Position numbers and translations under genes: made by a program
Shown: positions 57,010-64,000 of the stretch, in pieces
Position numbering within the stretch: position 1 is the first letter of the stretch
How the letters are laid out: each line of letters starts with the position of its first letter
The notes under the pieces: generated by a model
Told to the model about the DNA's origin: nothing
What the model saw: only the letters and a program-made list of their open reading frames with translations
Database searches by the model: none
From: a virus
DNA length: 64,000 nucleotides
Strand: one strand, 5' to 3'
Virus record (IMG/VR): IMGVR_UViG_3300025012_000079
Span: 4,081 to 68,080 of that record

Positions 57010-59220
57010 ATGGCTAATAATGGTTTTGAATTTCCTGTAGAGGAACTTGTTGATCCAGGCAATCCAGCGACTCCGATGGCGAATGCAATTATAGCTGGCC
57101 AAGCGACGAAGTCGCCTACACGAACCAACTCAACCCTTAATACCGGCAGTAATCTACCAGACGATGAACAGGCAAGCTTAATGGGTCAAGTTCCATTTTG
57201 GGCAACTGAAGAACCCATCGAAGATATTATAAATCCAGTTCAAGTTGATCCTATGATGACTGCTCTGGTTGAGAAAGAAGCCCTGCGTGCTGAAGCAGTT
57301 GTCCTCATCACAAACTTGGCAGATAAACAAAATAAGGAAACCTTAGCAGATATTACGACAAAAGTACTAGAAGGCTACAAGCTCGATCTAGCTAGCCGCA
57401 CAGAATGGGAAGCACTTAATGTGCAGATCATTGACCTAGCGAAGCTGCTCGTAAAGAAAAAGGTTTATGCTGGTGAGGTCGTTGCCAATGTTAAGTACCC
57501 CTTAATAATTAATGCATGTATCCAGTTTGCTGCCAGAGCATATCCAGAACTTATCAAAGGTAACGAAGTTGTCAAAGGTAAAGTAGTTGGATCTGATCCG
57601 GACAATATTAAGTTCGACAAAGCTCAACGAATTTCGCAGTTTATGTCTTTCCAGCTTCTGTCACTAATGGAAGATTGGGAAGAGGGCGTTGATCAGCTAC
57701 TTTTTACGTTACCAGCAATTGGTTGTGTATTTAAAAAGAGTTACTTCGATGCAATTGAACGGAAGTCAGTATCTCAGATAGTCTTCGCTGATGATTTGGT
57801 TGTAAATTATTTTGCCGAATCACTTGAGAGGGCTCCACGAGTTACACATAGAATCTATTTGTATCATAATGAAATCGTTGAGCGCATCAATTCTGGGATC
57901 TTTATCAAGTTTGATGTAGCAGAACTTGGACAAGCAACTAGCGATAAGACTGCCGATGTAGATGAAGATACTCCACATTTGTTTCTTGAACAACATCGGT
58001 GGTACGACCTAGATGGTGATGGCTATCAAGAACCGTATGTAGTAACTGTCCATGATCAATCACAGAAGTTAGTTCGCATATCACCTCGGTTTGCTACGGA
58101 TGGAATTATTCGTAAGTCTGATGAAGCTGGAGTAGTTGATCCGAACGGACCGATTGTTAAGATCATCCCGGAGCAATATTTTACTCGATTTATTTTCATG
58201 CCTGCGATTGATGGCGGCTTTTATGGTATGGGGTTTGGCTCTCTTTTGATGAGCAGCAACTCTGCTATAAACACAGTTATTAATCAGCTTCTCGATGCCG
58301 GGACGTTATCAAATCGACAGTCTGGTTTCCTAGGGAGAGGACTTAAGCTCGGTAGTGGCAAATCCATTCAAGTCAAATCTGGCGAATGGAAACCAGTTGA
58401 TGCTACCGGAGATGATCTGCGCAAGAATATCTTCCCCATGCCAGTACGTGAGCCCAGTAATGTTCTCTTCCAATTGCTCGGCCTGTTAATCGAGAGTGGC
58501 AAAGAACTTGCCGGCATGACAGAGATTCTTGCTGGTAACTCTCCAGGCGCAAATGTTCCGGCTGAATCGGTACTTGCATTGATCGAGCAGGGACTGCAAG
58601 TCTATAGTGCAATCCACAAGCGGTTGTATCGTAGCCAGTATAAAGAGTTCATAAAGTTACGGAGGTTGAATGCTCTTTATCTAGACCAGATGACTTATAG
58701 TGTTGTCCTGGATGATAGTGCTGCAATTGTTCAGGCTGACTTCTCTAGTGCCGATTTCGATGTTGTTCCGGTTAGTGATCCGAACAGCACGACAATGATG
58801 CAGAGGTTGCTCAAGGCAAAAGCTATGCTAGAGTTGCGAGGCCAAGGACTTAATGATCAGGAAATCTTGCGGCAATACTTACTTGCACTTGATATCGAAG
58901 ATGTTGAGCGGTTCTTTCCTGTAGAAGATCAATCTGATCCTGAGAAAGAATTAACTGTGAAGAAATTGCAAGTCGAAGTTGATGAACTGAATGCGAAAAT
59001 TGAAAAGCTTAGAGCAGAAACTCAAAAGATTTTAGCAGAGATTCCAAAGGCTCAACTTGAACAAGAGAAGACCATTGAAGAAATGGATAATGATAAGATA
59101 GATTTAGCTCTTAAAGATAAGCAAATTTCTGGGCAACTTGAGCTTGGGCGAAGTCAGCAAAGCTTAGGCAAAGCACCTGGTGGATTAAAAGAAAGCACGG
59201 TGAAACGTGAATATAGTTAA
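57010..59220 (+). CDS. Portal protein
   Basis: 736 aa after TerL; QFAARA, FKKSYFD, LEQH, GFYGMG, NQLLDAGTL; C-terminal coiled coil. Confidence 0.85.
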   Translation: MANNGFEFPVEELVDPGNPATPMANAIIAGQATKSPTRTNSTLNTGSNLPDDEQASLMGQVPFWATEEPIEDIINPVQVDPMMTALVEKEALRAEAVVLITNLADKQNKETLADITTKVLEGYKLDLASRTEWEALNVQIIDLAKLLVKKKVYAGEVVANVKYPLIINACIQFAARAYPELIKGNEVVKGKVVGSDPDNIKFDKAQRISQFMSFQLLSLMEDWEEGVDQLLFTLPAIGCVFKKSYFDAIERKSVSQIVFADDLVVNYFAESLERAPRVTHRIYLYHNEIVERINSGIFIKFDVAELGQATSDKTADVDEDTPHLFLEQHRWYDLDGDGYQEPYVVTVHDQSQKLVRISPRFATDGIIRKSDEAGVVDPNGPIVKIIPEQYFTRFIFMPAIDGGFYGMGFGSLLMSSNSAINTVINQLLDAGTLSNRQSGFLGRGLKLGSGKSIQVKSGEWKPVDATGDDLRKNIFPMPVREPSNVLFQLLGLLIESGKELAGMTEILAGNSPGANVPAESVLALIEQGLQVYSAIHKRLYRSQYKEFIKLRRLNALYLDQMTYSVVLDDSAAIVQADFSSADFDVVPVSDPNSTTMMQRLLKAKAMLELRGQGLNDQEILRQYLLALDIEDVERFFPVEDQSDPEKELTVKKLQVEVDELNAKIEKLRAETQKILAEIPKAQLEQEKTIEEMDNDKIDLALKDKQISGQLELGRSQQSLGKAPGGLKESTVKREYS

Positions 59221-59229
59221 GGAGACAAT

Positions 59230-59397
59230 ATGGATGAATTAGGAAAGAAAAAGAAGAGCACGTTTTCTTTTTTACGTGCACTTGGTTTGGGTAAAAACAA
59301 GAATGATGCTCCAGACAAGAATGTTTTTTATGCTGGGAATGTAACAACTGCTGCAAATAAGAGAAAGAAAGAATTGGAGAAAGCTAATCAAGACTAA
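59230..59397 (+). CDS. Small basic protein (55 aa, not in the ORF track)
   Basis: AAGGAG RBS; MDELGKKKKS...ANQD. Confidence 0.5.
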   Translation: MDELGKKKKSTFSFLRALGLGKNKNDAPDKNVFYAGNVTTAANKRKKELEKANQD

Positions 59398-59407
59398 GGA
59401 TATCACG

Positions 59408-59662
59408 ATGCTAACCAGTGAACAATTCCAAGAGTGGAAAAATCATCCAGTAACGAAAGAGCTTTTTGCTGAGCTTAAAAAGACTAGGCAGTCCATAGTT
59501 GATCAGCTTGCTAATGGAAATAGCATAGGTCCAGATGCACAGGCAACACATGGATTTACTAACAGAGCAGTTGGCCAAATAAACGGCCTGGATCAGCTTC
59601 TTAATATTTCTTTTGAAGGTGACTCTGTAGAGAATGAAGTTGATGAGATAAGTGGTTATTGA
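59408..59662 (+). CDS. Small head-module protein
   Basis: FQEWKNHPVT pattern; between portal and GroES. Confidence 0.65.
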   Translation: MLTSEQFQEWKNHPVTKELFAELKKTRQSIVDQLANGNSIGPDAQATHGFTNRAVGQINGLDQLLNISFEGDSVENEVDEISGY

Positions 59663-59692
59663 GAATAACAATTATTTAAAAGGGTAATAATT

Positions 59693-60028
59693 ATGAGTGA
59701 CGAACACATTATGGATATTAATCAATCTGGTATTATTCCGACTGGCGGGCATTTGTTAGTACTTCCTGAAAAGGTTGAAGAAAAGACTAAGGGCGGAATC
59801 TATTTGCCTGAGACAATTCGGGAAAAAGAACAGCAAGCAGCTACAGTCGGCACCTTGATTGCCATCGGCCCCACTGCCTGGAAAGACCTTGATGACGGAG
59901 TAGCCTGGGCGGAAGTAGGCGATAAGATTAGTTACTCCCGATATGCTGGCGTGTCAATGCCTGGCAAGGATGATGAATCTTATGTATTGATTAATGACAA
60001 TGATGTTTTGGCTCGGTTACTCTTTTAA
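59693..60028 (+). CDS. groES: Co-chaperonin GroES
   Basis: PTGGHLLV, EEKTKGGIYLP, AIGP, VGD, YAG, DVLA. Confidence 0.92.
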   Translation: MSDEHIMDINQSGIIPTGGHLLVLPEKVEEKTKGGIYLPETIREKEQQAATVGTLIAIGPTAWKDLDDGVAWAEVGDKISYSRYAGVSMPGKDDESYVLINDNDVLARLLF

Positions 60029-60040
60029 ATAGGTGTTATT

Positions 60041-60988
60041 ATGGCAGAAGAATTTGTGCAAGACATTATTATGGCAGCCGAAGCAACTGATAGTTCTTCT
60101 ACAGAAGCAACAGACAGCACTGGTAAGTCCAGCGAATCTGTTGTGGTAGCCAGCTCTGGTGATGATCAATCTTCCAATCAAACGAAAACCCCTAATGGTA
60201 ATGCTGATTCTGATCAAACCAAGATTGCTCCTTCTGTAGAAGAACTTGCTTCACAACTTGGCTGGCGTGCTGATCATGTAGGTGAAGATGCAGTTGATGC
60301 AGTCACATATATTCTGAGGTCGAAAGACATTCAGAAGGCAATGAGTAAGCATAACAAAGATTTAAAGGAGAACCTTAGTGCTGTTCAGGCATCTGTAAAT
60401 GCATTGAAGGAACACAATGAGAAAGTTTATCAAACTGAAGTTAAAAAACTAACTGCTGAAATAGAAACTCTTAAGAAGGAACGCAAGTCGGCTATTGAGC
60501 TTGCTGATGTTGATAAAGTTGAAGAATTGGATGCACAGATCGAGGCTAAGAAAAATGATCTTGCTGCGCCAAAAATTAATGATAGTAGCAAGTCTGGTAC
60601 TGTTGAAAATCCTGTCTATGACGAGTGGATTACGGATAATCAATGGTACTTGGAAGACAATGAGATGGCACAGTTCGCTGATAGTGTGGCGCAGAATTAT
60701 GTAGGTGCTCCTCTTCCGAGGATTTATGCACTGGTACGGCAGAAAGTTCAGGAGGTTTTTCCAGAAAAGTTTGCTTCTAACAAACCTGGAACAGTTGCCA
60801 ATGTTGTAACGAAACCAATCGGGCCTGTTTCTCCAGTTGACAAAGGATCAAACAATAAAGGTGCCTCAACTTCTTTCAGTAAAGCTGATCTGACGCCTGA
60901 CCAAGTTAGTATCATGAATCAATTTGTTCGCGGAGGAATTATGTCCGAAGAACAATACATTAAAGATATTGCAAGTATGCAAGAATAA
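60041..60988 (+). CDS. Putative capsid scaffolding protein
   Basis: Acidic N-terminus, coiled coil, W...N.W; position. Confidence 0.7.
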   Translation: MAEEFVQDIIMAAEATDSSSTEATDSTGKSSESVVVASSGDDQSSNQTKTPNGNADSDQTKIAPSVEELASQLGWRADHVGEDAVDAVTYILRSKDIQKAMSKHNKDLKENLSAVQASVNALKEHNEKVYQTEVKKLTAEIETLKKERKSAIELADVDKVEELDAQIEAKKNDLAAPKINDSSKSGTVENPVYDEWITDNQWYLEDNEMAQFADSVAQNYVGAPLPRIYALVRQKVQEVFPEKFASNKPGTVANVVTKPIGPVSPVDKGSNNKGASTSFSKADLTPDQVSIMNQFVRGGIMSEEQYIKDIASMQE

Positions 60989-61003
60989 TAAGAGGATTAT
61001 GTT

Positions 61004-61417
61004 ATGACAGAGCAGGCAAATAAAATAGAGAGTGTTAAAAGCGAGCAACCGCGTAAGAGAATTCCTCTTGGATCGAGGAATATCTTGACTGCACCGAAGA
61101 AGGTCGGTTTCGTGCGCCGATTTGTTAATGACACTGGAGATCGCATTCAGATGTTTAAGGCTGCTGGATGGAACGCTGTTGATGATGGCTCACCTGTTGG
61201 AGACTCGAAGATTGGAAGGCCTACTCAAATTGGTAGTACCACCAACCCGAGTGTAGGTAACAATCAAAGGGCTGTTCTAATGGAGATCCCAGAAGAGATT
61301 TATGAGGCAGACCGAGCCGAATCACAAGCCAAGATTAGTGAGGTAGAAAGCCAAATTAAGCGGAACTCTCGTGGCGAGGGTAAAGATGGCTTGTCTGGAA
61401 GTGTGACTATTTCGTAA
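61004..61417 (+). CDS. Head-module protein
   Basis: GFVRRFVND..RI..GW, LMEIP. Confidence 0.65.
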   Translation: MTEQANKIESVKSEQPRKRIPLGSRNILTAPKKVGFVRRFVNDTGDRIQMFKAAGWNAVDDGSPVGDSKIGRPTQIGSTTNPSVGNNQRAVLMEIPEEIYEADRAESQAKISEVESQIKRNSRGEGKDGLSGSVTIS

Positions 61418-61445
61418 AATTTAAATTTTTGTTGAGGTAAAAAAT

Positions 61446-62042
61446 ATGGCAAATCTTGATACTCCTTTCGGTTTTAAACCGGTAAAACATTTAAACGGGT
61501 CTCCTTGGAACGGTCAGGCAAATGTTTATTACATTCCGTCTACGGATAACGTAGCTACTTTTAAAGGTGATGCAGTTAAAAGTGCTGGATCTGCAGATAC
61601 TACTGGCAAGTATCCTACTGTCACTCAAGCTACTGCTGGTGCTGCAGTGAGAGGTGTTATAATTGGTTTTGGTGATAATCCTTATGTGATGATTCAGGCT
61701 GATACTCCGCTTCGTGCATATCGTCCGGCAGCTACTGCAATGTATTGCCTGGTAGTTGATGATCCTCAGGTTATTTTTGAAGTCCAAGAAGATAGTGATG
61801 CCAACTCTATTACTGCTGCAATGGTTGGACTTTCTACTAACTTTGTAGTTGGCTCCGGCTCAACGGCTACTGGCAAGTCTGCCATGGAACTTGACTCCAG
61901 CGATACTGCAACTGACACCAGTGGTAATTGTAGAATTTTGCGGTTGGCTAATCGAGAAGATAACGAGCTTGGTGATTATGCCAAGTGGGAAATTCTTTTC
62001 GGAGAGCATGAGCTTGGCCTGACTATTTCAACTGATGTTTAA
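61446..62042 (+). CDS. Putative capsid decoration protein
   Basis: MAN.D.PFGFKP, V.DDP..FEVQ; directly upstream of capsid gene. Confidence 0.65.
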   Translation: MANLDTPFGFKPVKHLNGSPWNGQANVYYIPSTDNVATFKGDAVKSAGSADTTGKYPTVTQATAGAAVRGVIIGFGDNPYVMIQADTPLRAYRPAATAMYCLVVDDPQVIFEVQEDSDANSITAAMVGLSTNFVVGSGSTATGKSAMELDSSDTATDTSGNCRILRLANREDNELGDYAKWEILFGEHELGLTISTDV

Positions 62043-62094
62043 TTAGTTGGCTTTTAACTTTGGCTATTTAATCATCATTTAAAGGAGCATACAA

Positions 62095-63018
62095 ATGAGT
62101 ATTATTACTACTAGTAATTTTGCAAAAGATCTTGTGCCTGGTGTAAAGACTTGGTTCGGACAGAAATATAAAGAGTATCCGATTGAATATTTGGACATTT
62201 TTGAAAAAACTAACTCTACAAAGGCTTTCGAAGAGGAAGCTGGCGTAACTGGTTTTGGTCTTGCGGCTGTAAAGACTGAAGGTGCAGGGATTGCGTATGA
62301 TGAGCAGGAGCAGGGCTTTGTTAGTCGCTACACTCATGTAACGTACGGCCTCGGGTTTATTATTACTCGGGAAATGTACGAAGATGGCATTGCAGTAACA
62401 GTCGCGCTGCGTCGTGCAAATGCACTTGCCTTCTCCATCCGGCAGACCAAAGAGATTATTGGCGCGAACGTTCTCAATCGGGCATTTACCTCTACTTATA
62501 CTATGGGAACTAATAGTGATGGCAAGGAGCTTTGTGCTACTGATCATCCGAATAAGTCCGGCGGAACTTGGCGTAATGAACTTGCTACTGCCGCAGATCT
62601 TAGTGAAGCTGCTCTCGAGCAGGCTTGCATTGATATTGCTGCGTTCACAACTGATCGTGGACTTAAGATTGCGATTATGCCCCAGAAGTTGATCATCCCG
62701 ACTGCTCTTGAGTTTGACGCTATGCGGATTCTCGAATCTATTGGACAGTCCGGCACAGCAAATAATGATATCAATGCTATTCGGGCATCGAAGAAGTTTC
62801 CACAAGGCATTGCTGTGAATCATTACTTGACGGATAGTGATGCATGGTTTATTAAGACTAACTGTCCAGACGGCCTGAAGTATATGGAACGTCGGCCGGA
62901 TGCGTTTGGTACTGAGAATGACTTCGATACTGAGAATGCCAAGTTCAAAGCAACTTTCCGTGGTTCGTTTGGTTGGTCTGATCCGCGAGGTATTTTTGGT
63001 TCTCCTGGTGCTGCATAA
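62095..63018 (+). CDS. Major capsid protein
   Basis: AAAGGAG RBS; K.EG....D, ITREMYED, PQKLIIP, AWF, GWSDPRG. Confidence 0.88.
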   Translation: MSIITTSNFAKDLVPGVKTWFGQKYKEYPIEYLDIFEKTNSTKAFEEEAGVTGFGLAAVKTEGAGIAYDEQEQGFVSRYTHVTYGLGFIITREMYEDGIAVTVALRRANALAFSIRQTKEIIGANVLNRAFTSTYTMGTNSDGKELCATDHPNKSGGTWRNELATAADLSEAALEQACIDIAAFTTDRGLKIAIMPQKLIIPTALEFDAMRILESIGQSGTANNDINAIRASKKFPQGIAVNHYLTDSDAWFIKTNCPDGLKYMERRPDAFGTENDFDTENAKFKATFRGSFGWSDPRGIFGSPGAA

Positions 63019-63175
63019 TAACTTGGTGTTCATAAGTGAACAGCCAAGACTAACGCTGGCAACTGACCGTTCTTTGTGATGAGCTTAGAACGGTCTTAAT
63101 AAAGTGGGTAAATGAAAGTTAAAATCTTTCAGGCAGTTCTTTGAGATAAGAAGAATTGTTCCAGTGGAGGAAATT

Positions 63176-64000
63176 ATGGGTGTAACAAACTTTCCAAACG
63201 GCATTACATGTGATACTTCCAGAAATAGATCTATGGCAGCTGGATCAACGGTTCCTGCATCTGGACTTGCTGGATACAATCCCGGCTGTACATTCACTAA
63301 GACTGATGTAGCTCTTGGACAAGCGGCTCAATGGATAAATATGGGCACTGCTGCATCGTGCTTGTTTGTTCCTGTTGGTCCTACTTATGGTTATGGGATC
63401 AAGTTGGCTGAGGGGCCAGTTACTTCTGCCGGAGGTGATACTACTGAAGTAATTACCAGAAGTGGACTAATTCTTTCCACTGACATAGCTATTGTTAATC
63501 ATGAAGTTTCTGATGATAATGATCAGATAGTCTCTGCTATAGCTACTGATAGTACAATTACTATTGTAGGTAGTGCAGATCCTAGTACAGCGCATGGATA
63601 TGATTATGCATTGCTGAGGAATAGATGTATTCCTGAGTGGGATATTGTAGCTGCAGGAACTCATACTACGGCTGGCGGTGCTGCTGCTGAGGCTATTACA
63701 GTTGCAGGCGTGCTTGCTACTGATATGGCTTTTGTTAATTATGGTGCAACAAATGATACTGATACTATTAGTGATATAGTTTGTACTGCTAATACTATTA
63801 CGGTAACTTGTTCTGCTGATCCAAGCACTGTTCACAGTCTTCACTATGTTGTTATCAGACCTCGTGGAACGTTCAAGCCAAGTCATTATATTGCATATGC
63901 AGGTACTCATACCACTGTTGGTGGTGCAGCGGCTGAAGCAGTTACTATTTCTGGTGCTCTTGCAACTGATATTCCTATCGTCATTTATAATACTACGAAT
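63176..64000 (+). CDS. Virion decoration/fibre protein with tandem ~80-aa repeats (runs off the window)
   Basis: GGAGG RBS; open to window end; repeated T.GG...E.I...G.L.TD..SADPST.H. Confidence 0.7.
   Translation, partial: MGVTNFPNGITCDTSRNRSMAAGSTVPASGLAGYNPGCTFTKTDVALGQAAQWINMGTAASCLFVPVGPTYGYGIKLAEGPVTSAGGDTTEVITRSGLILSTDIAIVNHEVSDDNDQIVSAIATDSTITIVGSADPSTAHGYDYALLRNRCIPEWDIVAAGTHTTAGGAAAEAITVAGVLATDMAFVNYGATNDTDTISDIVCTANTITVTCSADPSTVHSLHYVVIRPRGTFKPSHYIAYAGTHTTVGGAAAEAVTISGALATDIPIVIYNTTN

Noticed and set aside
62068-63033. 321-aa antisense ORF over the major capsid gene (and other antisense ORFs in the track)
   Set aside because: A shadow of strongly biased codon usage; no RBS or recognisable motifs

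Overview
The window is most of a dsDNA tailed bacteriophage genome (podovirus-like), opened inside the virion-gene block. No host genes, integrase, rRNA or CRISPR array were seen. Plus strand 1-19.6 kb: a lysis/envelope cluster (lipoprotein, thermonuclease, papain-like protease, SleB hydrolase), tail genes and a 1966-aa polyvalent internal virion protein. Minus strand 19.7-53.5 kb: early and replication genes (ThyX, DEDDh exonuclease, P-loop helicase, UDG-fused family A polymerase, ParB-methyltransferase, NAD ligase, SSB, Sak4-like ATPase, PD-(D/E)xK nuclease, UvrD) interleaved with small AT-rich genes and driven by sigma70-type promoters. Plus strand 54.1-64 kb: terminase, portal, GroES, scaffold, major capsid. 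Top candidates for something new: (1) a promoter-to-terminator operon at 40.2-38.3 kb with two proteins and three structured RNAs, one a circularly permuted, CCA-bearing tRNA mimic (YrlA/Y-RNA-like) with no Ro60 gene in the window; (2) a palindrome GTTCAYNNRTGAAC dispersed genome-wide in a phage encoding a ParB-HTH-methyltransferase; (3) inserted genes, and one in-frame methyltransferase domain, flanked by diverged duplicates of neighbouring sequence. All calls come from motif recognition by eye; no searches or folding programs were run.
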